Notes under the pieces: model-generated | The model's input: only the letters and a program-made list of their open reading frames with translations | The model's database searches: none | What the model was told of the DNA's origin: nothing | From: the human T2T-CHM13v2.0 reference genome, Homo sapiens | Strand: one strand, 5' to 3' | Assembly: GCF_009914755.1 (NCBI RefSeq) | Contig: NC_060929.1 | DNA length: 64,000 nucleotides | Translations under genes and position numbers: made by a program | Part shown: in pieces, positions 34,790 to 49,665 of the stretch | Layout of the letters: each line of letters starts with the position of its first letter | Numbering within the stretch: the stretch's first letter is position 1

Positions 34790-34919
34790 TACGTTGACCA
34801 TTCATCCCATTTTGCCAGAGATGGTCCTAGTTTATGACTATTGTCCAAGTGTAATTATTAGTAGTGCCCCTTTTAGTCTCAAATGTGGCAGTTTGGATTA
34901 TAAGTGATAGGGTCACCCT
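34790..34919. mobile_element. MER94-like hAT-Blackjack MITE
   Basis: gttgacca...gtaattattagtagtgcccc...ggtcaccct termini. Confidence 0.7.
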
Positions 34920-35521
34920 CCTGACAGGGTACCAACATTTGTATGAAACCAAAATAATATCATGCAGATAATATTCTGATTATAATAAGATTGAGCTGTC
35001 ATCACCTTTAACTGAGTGTTAATCTTAGCATCACTTAGGAGGGGACAACCAGATGTGTCTCCTGTTGTGACTGAAATTGGAATATACAGCATTACCTAAG
35101 AAGTTCCCTTGACAAAAATGTTCAATTTAAATCTGGTCAAATATTCAGATCTATCTTCCTGCTTATAGGAAACACAAGGGTTAGAGGAAGCAATCAGACA
35201 GATCCAGAGGGGAAACAGTCCTGGTCTTCAGCAAGTCCATATTATGATAAAAGGAACTGTTCTAGATTAAAAGCTTGAGGCATAGCAACCAGATGTACTG
35301 CTTGGTTCTGAATTCGATACTTATCTGGCCAAACCAGCTGGAAGGACATCTTGGGGACAGGTGAGGAAATCTGAATATGGATTTGCTATTACTGTTAATT
35401 ATGTTAGGTGTGAAAATATAATTTTTGCTATGTAGAAAACTGGGCATTAAAAAAAATAGATGCATTCCAAACATTAGGGGTGGAATATTATGATGTCTAT
35501 AATTTACTTTAAAATACTTCA

Positions 35522-35716
<195 letters not shown>

Positions 35717-35807
35717 CCCTTCAGCATTAACTACAATAAATGGAGTTGGCAGGAAAAGAAATAAGATAAAATATATAAAACGTTTCATAAACTTACACCT
35801 GAAAGAC

Positions 35808-36576
35808 AGTGTCATAGGTAAGGCAGCCCCCAATGATCCCACCTTCTGATATTCAGCCCCTCCTTGAGTGTGGTCTACACTTTTCAACTTGTTTCTTCTT
35901 CCCCCCCTTTTTTTTTTTTAATTGAGACAGAGTCTCACTCTGGAGTGCAGTGGTGCAATCCCGGCTCACTGCTGGGACTACAGGCGTGCACCACCACGCC
36001 TGATTAATTTTTGTATTTTTAGCAGAGATCGGTTTTCACTGTGTTGGCCAGGCTGGTCTTGCTCCTACTTCAGGTGATCCACCCGCCTTGGCCTCCCAAA
36101 GTGCTGGAATTACAGGCGTGAGCCACCGCACACAGCCTCACCTTGCTTCTAATGAATGGATATGGGCAGAAGTGATGGAATTTCACTCCCAATATTATTG
36201 AAATATTGGAGGTTACAAAAGGTTACAAGTCTGTGGCTTCCATCCTGAGATTGCTTGTGCTGGGAGAAGGACACTGTCATGTTGTGATCAGCTCTGTGGA
36301 CATGCCCATGTGTGGCATGTCTTCTGTCTAGCAACCTATGAGGAACTGACATGCATTAAAAGCCAGGTGAGTGAACTTGGAAGAAGATCCTTCAACATCA
36401 GGTGAGTCTTCAATCTTGGCTGGCAATCTGACAGCAACCTCATGAGAGGTCTTGAGCCAGAGGCACTTAGACTGTGCCTGGATTCCTGACCCGTGGAAGC
36501 TGTGAAGTAATGTTTTGTTGCTTTAAACTGCTAAGTTTTGAGATAATTTGTTATGCAGCAATAGGTAACTAATACA
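35808..36576 (+). mobile_element. MLT1 (MaLR) LTR with an internally deleted antisense Alu (~35908-36137)
   Basis: Typical MLT1 3' end (ctaagttttgagataatttgttatgcagcaataggtaactaataca). Confidence 0.8.
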
Positions 36577-38403
36577 GATAGGAAAAGAGTTATTTGGGTG
36601 AAAGAGGGCAAGAAGAACATCATAGGCAGAGAGAAAAACCCATGAGATAAGTATTTAAGGTAAGAAGCATGAGTGTCTTTGAAAAATGGAAAGAAACCAA
36701 GTCTGATTAGAACTTACAAGCAATGAGGAAAGATGAAGCTGTAGCGATGGGCATGATATAGGGCTACAAAGACCATGTCAAAAGTCTGTTCTTTTTCCTA
36801 TTGGGAAATAAGAAGCCATGGAAAGGATTTAAGCAGGGCTGTTTTAGAAGCTTAACTGGATGTTTTGCAGAGAAGAGAATAGAGGGAGCAAGGGTGGAAG
36901 CTAATCTGGGAGAAGCGCTGAATCATCTGGGGCTGGGTATGGAAAACAGATGGCATCGCCTTTCTCAACTCAGACTCTGAAAAGGTCAACACTGCTCTGG
37001 GCCTTACTCTGATTACACAAAATTGGCACAAGGATGGCCATACAAATCAACACCAGTTAATACGCTGGCTACCCAATGACCAGTTAGATTTCTTCTTGGA
37101 AGACTTCTTACCTACAGATATCCAGAGATTTGGCAGTGATGTGTGGACACTAGACTGTGAGGTGAGTCAGGTGCTGCCGTTACATCTGCATTGAATAGGA
37201 TGAGTGAGAGGAGAAAGTGAGTTTACAGAAAGAGGAGACTAGAGCAAACAGGCCAAGATAACCAGAGAGGAGGAGCCATGTGGCCCCTGAGAAGGAAAGG
37301 AAGAGAGTGGGAAACTCTATAGCTCCTCAAAGCTTTCCAGCCCCTATAAAGGTCAGGGCAACTAGAGCTCTTGTCCACAGAATTGATTAGTTCTGTTTTC
37401 TCACCAATACTAATTTCACTCATGCTAATTTGGCTTCTTTTCCTTGCAACCCAAACATTTTCCTGACTAGAATAAATTTCTGCACCATGATTGAATAGAT
37501 CATTAGACCTCTATAGATTAAAAAAAAAGGTATGGATTGGGAGGGTGAATAGAATGATATTCTTAACACTTGCATAATTACTGACTCAATATATTCACAA
37601 AGATGCAATTATTTACTTCAGTTCGGGAATTCTGAGCCCCATCCAAGCAGCCTATATGCTGATACTACTTAATAGCTGAACATATAACAATGATTTCTGA
37701 GTTTTCTTACATCCTAGATCCAAAGGAGATTAGGGGATGAGAGGTTAGAACTTGTTCTAAATTCCATAAGTAAGTTACAAACTGATGAAGTGACAGTTTG
37801 AAGGTAGATGCAATGGAGATGTCATCTGGAGAAGTTTTACCTGCTGCCCTCAGACATCCATACAGAATGGAAGGAGCCCAGGGACACTTTATGGTCTAAT
37901 TGCCGATTGGCAGTAGAGCAGATTGGTTATGAATGTGGACTCTGTAGCCTGGAGGCCTAGACTTGAATTCCAATTGTGTCATTCACTAGCTGTGTGACTC
38001 AGGATGCATTATTTAATCTCTCTGTGCCTTTGTTATCTGTAAAATAGAAATAATAGCAATGCTTACCTCATAGGGTTTTTGTAAAGTTTCAAATGTGTTA
38101 ATACATTTAAAGCGCTTAAAACAGTGCCTTGCATGTAGGAAATGATTGATAAATATTACTTATTAAATGAGATGCTTATGTAAAATGCTCAGCATACTAC
38201 AAGCTTAGGAAATGTAAGCTACTATTATTATTTTCTGCTATAATCCTGTATGTTGATTTAGTATGACACTTCCTATTCATGGAGTAATATTGTTTATTTA
38301 GTTCTAGTTTCTTGGCTATCTCATTGTCCTCACTTATATATATGCAAAAAGGTGGACCCTATCTTGATTTTGACCTTGTCGGTAAAGCACGGGCTAGCAA
38401 AAT

Positions 38404-38744
38404 GCCGTTTTTCAGTCCATTCTGGCTGCTGTAACAAAATACCATAGACTGGGTGGTTCATAAACAATAGAGATTTATTTCTCACATTCTAGAGACTGGA
38501 GAGTCCAAGGTCAAGGTGCCAGCAGATTTGGTGTCAGGTGAGAACTAGCTTCCTCAGACGACCTTCTCACTCTAACCTCATGTGGCAGAAGAGGGCGAGA
38601 GGTTGCTCCTGGGCCTCTTTTACAAGCGCTCTAGTAACATTCATAGGGTTCTGCCCCCATGACCTAGTCACCTCCCAAAGGCCTCGCATCCTAATACAAT
38701 CACCTTGTGGGTAAGAATTTCAACATAGGAATCCAGACCATAGC
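38404..38744 (-). mobile_element. MLT1A-type MaLR LTR
   Basis: gtccattctggctgctgtaacaaaataccatagactgggtgg...gaccatagca. Confidence 0.85.
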
Positions 38745-39229
38745 AGCCCTAGAGAAACTCTGTAAACAAATATTACTTATTGATGATTTTTAGTTGCTGC
38801 CTATGCCATGGTAAATAGTTCACTTATGAAATCTCAGGGCAACTCTTTGTTTTCCAAATAAAAAGGTCGAAGCTGTGAGAAGTGACTTGCTCAAGATTGT
38901 ACAGCCAGTAGTTGATAGAGCCAGGACTAGAATCCTGACCTAATTTACCCCGAAGCTCATTAGCAACCTCTATCCATACTGCCTGTGAGGGAGCTAGCAG
39001 ATGCATCCAGCCTGGGATTCTCTATTTCTGAGATCTCTTTAAATATTTCAAAGACCAGTATTTCCAGTTAGGAATAACATAGCTGCACAGTTTATGGGTT
39101 AATAAGTGTGTTATTAGGAGCTGGGGGCTTCAGCCAGGAAAACAGTCTTTTTAAAGCATTTACAGTCTAGAGGGAAGAGGAAGAAATGATACATTGTGAT
39201 TTGGGTGAGACACAGGATTGAGTGGTCTC

Positions 39230-39455
39230 TAACTGGCTTTGGTGTTAGACACACACGTGTTTGAATTCTGGCTTCCCCTCTTTTCAGCTATCTGAATGTC
39301 GCCTTGCATCAGTCCTATCATCTGTCTGAGCCTCAGTTTCCTCATTTGTAAATTGGGGACAATACATCCACCTTGCAGGGCTGTTGAAAGGACTGGAAAT
39401 AGTGTATGTAATGTACCTCCTACGGATTTAAGATAGGTGCTCAAAAATTGCAGTT
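39230..39455. mobile_element. MIR (another copy at ~37910-38160)
   Basis: Core ctgagcctcagtttcctcatttgtaaattgggga. Confidence 0.8.
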
Positions 39456-40052
39456 ATTTTTTTAAAGCCTGATTCTGCATTGGAACCAGTTCTCAAGAGC
39501 CAATTCTGATGAGTGTCTTCACAGCAGGACCTAAGCCCTGATGAATTAATTTGTCTGAAACCAACATTTTCTCTTCATTTCATCTTGATATGCTAATTTT
39601 GGGGGGTCAATAATTCAATGGTTACCAATTAAGCAAGGATGGTATTTGCTATTCTGTTCTATATAGTTGTGTACATTATCAGTATCCAAATAGTTATCAA
39701 GCTTTGACTATCGGAAAGTCCATTTGGTCTCTTAAAAGATGCACTGAATCTCTTCAATTCCTTTTTCATTTTGATTCAATAAAATGGTTCACTCTAGAAA
39801 AGCTGTGTAGACATAGTTCAAGTCAGAAATTTGCAATATGTTATAAATAACTATTGAGCCAAACTACCTGAATTTGAAGGACATTTTTATGGGGATACAC
39901 TATAGCAATGAAATAATGAAATATATACATATATACACATATGATTATCATTACATGTGATAGATATACATATGTATATACTTAATCTATTTAAAAGATT
40001 ATACTATAATATAAATATCTTAAAGTATATTTAGATAAAAATAACATAATAA

Positions 40053-40406
<354 letters not shown>

Positions 40407-40616
40407 TGTTTTCATCTTTTATATATGCTAGTGACTTATTTTCTATAAGCTTTCTATTTTGAATCTTTTTTTAGTAGGAATTAGTTTGTAATGAGCCATC
40501 TATACCAGTATTATTTTCAGAATAGTTGACCAGAACTTGGGGATACACACTGATGTTGAAAAAGGGATCTAACTCCCAACTTTTAGTCAAACTATAGTTT
40601 GTTCAAATGCCACACC

Positions 40617-40918
40617 TTTTTTTTTTTCTTTTTTAAGACAGTGTCTCACTCTGTATCCCACGCTGGAGTGCGGTGCTGCAATTACAGCTCACAGTAGCCT
40701 CGACTCAAGTGGGCTCAAGCGGCCCTCCCACCTCTGCCTGTCAAGTAGCTGGGACCACAGTCATGCACCACAATGCCTGGCTAATATTTTTGATTTTTTG
40801 TAGTGGTGAGGTCTCACCATTTTGCTCAGGCTGGTTTCAAACTCCTAAACTCAAGCAGTCCTCCCGCCTTGGCCTCCCAAAGTGCTGGGATTACAGGCCT
40901 GTGGCACCACACCCAGCC
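40617..40918 (-). mobile_element. Alu (AluJ-type)
   Basis: Antisense Alu. TSD TCAAATG(C/T)CACA. Confidence 0.92.
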
Positions 40919-41116
40919 TCAAATGTCACATCTTTAACAAAATTTTCACCATGCTCTCCTCCAATTACTCATGCTCAGAACTGTGTGAAGCCTTTATCAC
41001 AATTTATCATATTTAATTGATTTTGAATATTTAACTGGAATTCAGTGTAGAATGGTGTTTTTGAATTAAAATATAATTCACATACAATAAAATTCACCTT
41101 TTAAAGTATACAAGTT

Positions 41117-41441
<325 letters not shown>

Positions 41442-41603
41442 TTAGTATATTCACAAAGTTGTGCAACCATCAGCGCCAATTCCAGAACATTTTTATCATC
41501 CAAAAAGACATTCCATATCCATCAGCAGTCACTTCCAATTCCTCATTCCCCTCTACCTCCTGGAAACCACTGTTCTACTTTCTGTCTGTATGTATTTGCC
41601 TGA

Positions 41604-42003
<400 letters not shown>

Positions 42004-42579
42004 TATACCATGCTTCTTAACCATGCATCAGCTGATGGTCATTGGGTTGTTACAATACTTTTTGGCTATTATGAATATTGCTGCTGTGAACATTTGTGCA
42101 CATGTTTTTATGTGGATCCAATTATTTAGGCTTACAGTATTTAAGAGTGCTGCTTTGCTACTACGCTGACTGGGGTTAAGACCAGGCTCTGCTATTTAGT
42201 AGATGTGTGACCTTGGGCAAGTTACTTAACTTCTCTGTGCCTCAAGCTCATCTACAAACAGTGACTATGTTACCCACCTCCTAGCAATTTTTGAATCTTA
42301 AAAGAGTTAACGTACCTGACATACTTAGATCCGGGTTTGCTACATGGTTAGGTCCAAGTAAAATTTATCTATTAGTATTATTTTAATATTTTTACGACTT
42401 TAATAAAAGGGCTCATCTTCATTGTGCCTTTGAAACCCCAAATCCAAAACTTTTTTTTTTGTTAATTAGAAAAACTAAATAAATATTCAGAATTGTCTGG
42501 TATTCTGGGTGTGCTAATTTCAGACAAGCACATTTTGAGATCGAGGGAGACGTGGTTAAGCTGTAAATTGCAAAGAGGC

Positions 42580-43750
42580 TTGCCTTCGCCAATTTACCTT
42601 TCTTAATGCAGCAACTTATAACACCTATTGGCTTGCAACGGTTTAGTATAATTTGGGAGGTATTCTTGTAATTAATAATATATTATTTAATAACATGGAT
42701 ATAGAGCTGAGTGGTGACTTAAGACTCCTGCTACTGTAAAGCTAGGAAATAGCGGCTTTCCACAGCAACTGTGCAATCGGTTTAGGCGCGGCCCAGGTCG
42801 ATTTTGATTGGCTTGCCCAGTGGAAATGCTCTCCGCCTGAGCTACTACTGGCCAATATGGCTCCACAATTGGCTCTCCTGGAAGCCGACAGACACGTGGC
42901 TACCGCAGGCTGAGCCGAACTTGGGAGGACTTAGTTCTGCTTACCGCGAGAGGGCGCCGGCGGTTCCTCACTGCTAAAATCTCATTTCCCATAAAGCCCC
43001 CGAGTCACCAATCAACTGGCTGTCTTCATACCGCTTTCAAAGTCGGCGGGCGCCTTGCCCAATAGCAAAGAACATATCGCCCCCATTTCGAAGATTGATG
43101 GAAAGTTTGACCAACCGCATCTCAGACTTCTGCTGTCTCCGCCTCTCTCGTTGGGGATTGACGATTTTTCTAGCCAATAGGAGACGTCGGGTCGGCGGGT
43201 GGATGAACGCGGCCCTCTGTAATGGCGGAGCGTGGCGGGGACGGGGGCGAGAGTGAACGATTCAACCCGGGGGAGCTCAGGTAAGGAACGCTGCCCTCCT
43301 TCACATCTCTGCTCACGAGAGCCCCAGAGGCTAGACGCTAGACCTGCCATGTGGAGATCCGGGGCGGACGGTGGGTAGCGGAGCCGGGCGGCCCGGGCCG
43401 GGACCGCATGGGGTTTAAGAAGGGGGAAGGGGAAGGTGGCTTGAATGAGAGCCGGGCCCGGGCTGGGCCAGGGCCTCCTGCGCGTTCCCTGGCTGCTTCC
43501 TAGTGCTTTCTTGGGGCCTCGCCGCCTCTCGCGGCCTGCAGCCCTCTGGCCGGGCGCGGTGCTCCCGCCTTTGGGCCCCGCCTCAGCCGCGTGTCGCCTC
43601 CGTCTCGGCCGACCTGAGTCTGTCCCCAGGCCGCGCTCCGCTGCGGGCCTGATTTTCCTCATCGACGTCTCTGCACTCCGCAGTTACTTCCCCTGTACCC
43701 CTCGCCACTTCTGGCTAAGCCTTCTCCACGCCCTCCGCGGCTCTTTGGGC
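42580..43750 (+). promoter_or_regulatory. TCERG1: TCERG1 CpG-island promoter with multiple CCAAT boxes and no obvious TATA box
   Basis: High CpG/GC from ~42750 to 43750. CCAAT/ATTGG at 42589, 42627, 42807, 42852, 42868, 43008, 43059 and 43174. ZNF143-like TTTCCCATAAAGC at ~42985. YY1-like AATGGCGG over the start codon. Confidence 0.88.
43222..43280 (+). CDS. TCERG1: TCERG1 (CA150) coding exon 1, MAERGGDGGESERFNPGEL(R)
   Basis: ATG at 43222 in strong context (gtaATGG) within a CpG island. Donor CAG|gtaagg at 43280/81, 59 nt, phase 2. Joins exon 2 to give the recognisable TCERG1 N-terminus. Confidence 0.96.
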
Positions 43751-46700
43751 TCCCCACGTTTGCCCTTTCATTTCATCCCCCTCATTGCTTGCCTTTCTTA
43801 ACTTCTGTGGCTTTTCTTCCTTTTTTCATCCCTTTATTCCTTATTATCCTGTAGTTGTGAGTAACAACAACAGTAGCAACCCCTTATTAGGCACTTACCG
43901 TGTGCCAGTAAACCCTTTACTTAGGTTTGTCTCATTTAATCCTCACAACCACCCTTTGGAGTAGTTGCTATTAACATTTTGCAGGCCACAGACCAGAGGG
44001 GTCTTCAGTTGTTACTCGCCCATCTTACAGGTGAGATAACAGCCTCGTGGAGGTTGAGTCAGTAGAATAAGATTGCATAGGCGGATTTGTGGCTCCAGGA
44101 AGTGGCTTGAACTCAGGCAGTCAGGTTTCAGAGCCTGCAATCCCAATTGGCGTTCTATTCGTCTACTACTCATGCCATTTCCTTGAACAGTGCAGTGACC
44201 TTTTTTTCCCCTGGAACCTCAGTGTCTATGAGTTTGTAATTAAAATTTGGTAAAATGAGAGTGACCTGGAGAAATCTTTTGGTCAGTGGTTTTTGAGGAA
44301 AAGAGGTATTATGCTTTATGTGTATTTGGTACTTTGGTTTTTTTCTGTATGGGAGAAATGGCATTTCAGATGTTCAGCTCCCATTCTGAATTGTGCTGTT
44401 GTCAACGTTTGAAAATGAAAAAGAGCAGGGTAGATTATGAAGACTCTGTTGATACTGTCTTGAACTTAAGATGAAATTGTGTAAGGAAATGGGTATTGTT
44501 ATTCAAGGTTTTAGAAGAGGAAAATGCCTTTCAGATTCTGTATGGTCGCACACACAAATCTCCACTTTGGCAGAAATGAAATTTTGTTTTATTTCAGAGA
44601 TGAATCTGAAATCCTTTAAACTCCATATGTATACAGTATTAATGAGTGATCAAGGTGAATTGTCAGCATCTTTAAATATTAGCGATGCCAAGTTTATTCC
44701 TGATTTCGATCTTAAAGGGAGGTTACTTAGCTAGTTTCAGATGGATTTATTAGGGAACATTCTTTTGCATTTTAGAAAGTATCTTTCTAAAGCTTTAAAA
44801 AAATCCAAATGGCTTTATTAATAGTCTAGACACTGTTGCACAACTGATTTGAATAGAGCTTTAATTTGCAAATGAATTTGCCCTGTTGCAAATATTTTAT
44901 ACCGTAACCTCTTGGATTGGAAGTTGCTTGCAGAGCATACTGTACAGATCTTTATTTTAGCATTTCTCATGAAATTAGGTGTGTATGTGGCCTCTTTGAT
45001 GGCAGAAGTTGGGGCTTAATTTTTGCATTATATTTGTAACCTGAATGTACTTCATGGTGTGTCTGTCATAACCGCCTGGCAAATGAGATGTTCTGTAGTT
45101 ATGTTGTAAATAAATGAAGATAGGAGATTTAAAGATACTTCACTTATTGGGCCGACATTTATTGTGTGCTACATGACAGTTGCTGACCTAGGTGCTGGTA
45201 ATAGTGCCCTGAACCAGACCGAAAAAAGAGGTTTGTCCTGCAGGAGCTTCCAGCTTAAGTAAGAGCCATCTAAATTGTAAATGAAATCAACCACATCAAA
45301 TGATTAAATCTGCCTGTAAGTGTGAAGTGACTTACACAAGGTCACTGGGTAGTTGGCAGGGTCTGGACTAAACCTCAGGTCTCCTCAATCATAGTTTATA
45401 CAATTTGCCCCCATATATCGGTAGCATCTTTTTATTTCTTGCCCCTCCAGTTAAAGTATTGTCTTTAGCATTGGGGAGATTGCATATCTGGATAGAGAAC
45501 TTCTATTGTAGAAAAATACCTTATGTTTGTATTTCCATGATGTTCTTGTGAAATATTTTTGTTCCTTCTATTCATGCAAGTAGGCTTTTGTTTTTCAGAA
45601 AGGTTGTAAGTGGTAGGAATGCAAATCACAATAGATGGAAAATTTATAGACGTTCCAAATACCATTAAAGTAACTTCCAGAGTCATTTGTATAGATCCTT
45701 TCCCTAGAGCCTTTGTTTACCTATCAATACTTAAGATACTTGCAATCTAAATTTCCTTATCTATAAAATGAGAATAAGAATATTCTGGTGTTATCACTGA
45801 CTAGCTGCCTTAAGAAAATTATTTTTCTGTGCTATCATTTCCTCTGTAAAAATGGTGTCAAACTTACCTTATTGGGCTGTAGTGAGGATTAAGAGTTAAT
45901 ACGGATAATGTCTGTATAACCATGCTGGTATATAGGAACTTTACTATCATTATTAAAACAATAATGTGTTTTAATGTGTTGCAACAGTATACTAAAGGGA
46001 ACTATATACTAGTGGCTAAAGATAATACAGAAGTAAATGGGAGATTTCTTCATAGCATTTATCATAATCGAAAACTCAAATTAGGAATAATGATCCTGAG
46101 AGGGCCTGTAGAGGCCAGAAGTGGGAAAACAGTTTGAGGTGACATTTGAACTAGAGGCTGAGTAATGAGAAGGAGCTAGTTATGTGAAAATCTGGGGAAG
46201 AACATGCTCGGCAAAGAGAACAGGTGCAGAGGCTTCAAAGTAATAAACTTGAAATATTTAAAGGAAAAGACTAGAATTTGTGGAAAGGTTAATGTGGGCC
46301 AGGTTATACAGGGCCTGATATAATAATTATAGTAATAATAGCTAACATTACTAATATTAATATTATTTAACACTTACCAGTACTATTACTGTCCTAATGT
46401 TACAGAAACAGTAATGATAGCTAATAACTTAGATAGCACTTACATACTAAGCACTATTCCAAGTACTTTATTAGCTCATTTAATCCTCATTGCAGGTTCT
46501 GGTGAGGTTGTTGTGATGAAGCAGTATAATATAAAGAGCCCAGCCCATGTTCTGTGCGTAATTAACATCAGAAAATGGCAACTTTAGGCTATTCAAAAAA
46601 GGAAATTATGTGAATTTTGTCACCATTTTAGTGGCAGACTTTTGAAAACCATAACAAATTAATAATGAAATGCCTTTTACAGATAAACACTGCTAGGTTT

Positions 46701-47192
46701 TGTGGGGGAATGAAAGTAATGATAGTTGAAGTAGTTTACTGTGTACCAGCTACCACCCTAAATGTTTCACCGGGATTATCTCATTGAACAGTGATATCAG
46801 ATACCTTTTCTGTTCCTTACTCATTCACATCTGAGGAAACTCAAGGCTCAGAAATTATGTAACTAGCCTGACAACAAAAGACGGAGTCCTAACAGGGCTT
46901 TTTTATGGTTCTGGATCTTAAATGCTTAACTTCAAGCTGTAACCAGGAAGTATGAAATTGTACAGAAATGAATACTGTAGACTTTTTGAAAAAAGGAGAG
47001 GCAGATGGAAAGAAAATCTAAGAGTAGGGTACATTATTAACTCAAGCCTGAAACAGAGTGTCTTTCCTTGGTGGTTATCTTTTTTTTGCCCTAAAAGTTT
47101 GGACATTCCTTCAGTAACAGTGGCCTGTGTCTTTTGGGGATGCATATAATTTGAAAAAGACCTTCTGATTATTTTGATGCAATCCATATTCC

Positions 47193-47501
47193 TTTTTTTT
47201 TTTTTTTTTCTTTTAAGACAATGTCTTGCTCTGTCTCCCAGGCTGAAGTGCAGTGGTGTGATCTTGGCTTACTGCAGCCTCCACTTGTCAGGTTCCTCCT
47301 GTTCTCCTGCCTCAGCCTCTTGAGTAGCTGGGATTACAGGGAAGCACCACCACACCCGGCTAATTTCTGTATTTTTAGTAGAGTGGGGGTTTCACTATGT
47401 TGGCCAGGATGGTCTCGAATTTCTGACCTCAGGTGATCCACCTGCCTTGGCTTCCCAAAGTGCTAGGATTACAGGCGTGAGCCACCGGGGGGCGTCCGGC
47501 C
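47193..47501 (-). mobile_element. Alu, TCERG1 intron 1
   Basis: Antisense Alu. TSD CCATATTCCTTTTT. Confidence 0.94.
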
Positions 47502-47584
47502 CATATTCCTTTTTAACTCATATTTTCTAACCTTTGGATTGTAGGATCATTTGCAAATTTGATTAAATATACTTGGTGTAGTAG

Positions 47585-47637
47585 TTCTGGACTTGTTTAC
47601 AGTCCTGGTATAACCAGGACTGTAAACAAGTCCAGAA
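47585..47637. repeat. Perfect inverted repeat, 25-bp arms with a 3-nt spacer
   Basis: TTCTGGACTTGTTTACAGTCCTGGT-ATA-ACCAGGACTGTAAACAAGTCCAGAA, checked base by base. Confidence 0.98.
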
Positions 47638-47647
47638 GGCAAATTAG

Positions 47648-47978
<331 letters not shown>

Positions 47979-48427
47979 TAGGATTTTTTTGGTGTGTGTC
48001 AGAATTGAACGATGATGTGGTAAATTTAGAGAAAGTTCAAAGGGTAATCTATAAGCAGAGGGTTGAAAAATGTCAGAAAGTTGAAAGAGCCTGGTAACGA
48101 GAGACTATAAGAATGATTATTTTCAAATATATAAAGAATATAATTGTTAATTCCTCTCTTGAGGACAGAAATGTAGGTTTTTTTATGTATAATGTAGATG
48201 TATAGTAGCTACTGGGAATACCATGATAGGTACTCAGTAAATGGGTGGAATTGTAAAAATAATTTTTTTAAGATCCTGCATACGCTACTTGTAAGGTAGT
48301 TTGGGTACTGTATCACCTAGGTATTCAGTGGTTCATGCAACAAATACTAATACTAATATTTATTGAGCCCTACTATGTACAGATCTATGTGCTAGGGATA
48401 CAAGAGTGAACACAATTCCTACTCTGA

Positions 48428-48763
<336 letters not shown>

Positions 48764-49531
48764 ACCTGAATCCTGGCTTTAGTACTGAACCAGTTGTGTG
48801 GCCTTGGACAAGTGACTTCTTTGCTTTAGTTCTTTATCTATAAACTGAGATTAATAGTATCCATCTCATTGGGTTGTTTTGATGATTAAAAGACTTAATT
48901 TTTGAAAAGAGCTTAGAGCAAGCACTGCCTGGCTCATAGTAAGCACTTTTAGGAGTTAATAATTCTCTTTACAAAAGCACTTGGGGGAAGAGATAGATAA
49001 TACTATCTCATGTGATATTACTTATTTGCTTAAATGCTGTGGAGAAAATACATTAGGGTGTTGAGAGTGAGGGGTGGTGGGGCAGTGTGCCCTACAGGGA
49101 AAGGCTTTCCCTTTAGGTAGAGACTACTAATGATCTGCCAAGTGACCCCCCTGCCCCCTTTAAAAACTTTGGAAGTAATTTCAGATTTACAAAATGTCGC
49201 AAAAATAAAGCTAGGGTGTTATTCAATGTTAATATTTTACCTCTTCTGCTTTACTATTTGCGTGCACACGTGCATCCTCTTTGTTATTCTGAACTGTGAG
49301 GGTAAGGTATACCTATGGCTTTTTACCCTTCAATACTTCAGTATTTTCTAAGAATAGAGATATTATTTTACTTAACTACAGCCTAATTATCAACTTCATA
49401 AATTTGTAATGATATAATACTTTAATCTGTTGTGCATATTCCAGTGTTGTCAGTTGATCTGGCAATGCCCTGTATGGCATTTCCTCCTGTTAGTACAGAA
49501 TCCAATCTAGAGTTAAAATTGTGTTGTTATT

Positions 49532-49665
49532 GGCCGAGCGTGGTGGCTCACGCATGTAATCCCAGTACTTTGGGAGGCTGAGGTGTGCAGATCGCCTGAG
49601 GTCAGGAGTTCAAGACCAGCCTTGCCAACATGGCAAAACCCTGTCTCTAAAAAAAAAAAAAAAAA
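49532..49665 (+). mobile_element. Alu left-arm monomer with poly-A, inside an old antisense L1M (~49160-50820)
   Basis: TSD AAAATTGTGTTGTTAT on both sides. Confidence 0.9.

Noticed and set aside
43012-43662. 216-aa antisense ORF (and the 118-aa ORF at 43445..43801) over the promoter
   Set aside because: GC-rich CpG-island sequence is stop-poor. The peptides are low-complexity R/G/P/A with no recognisable domain.
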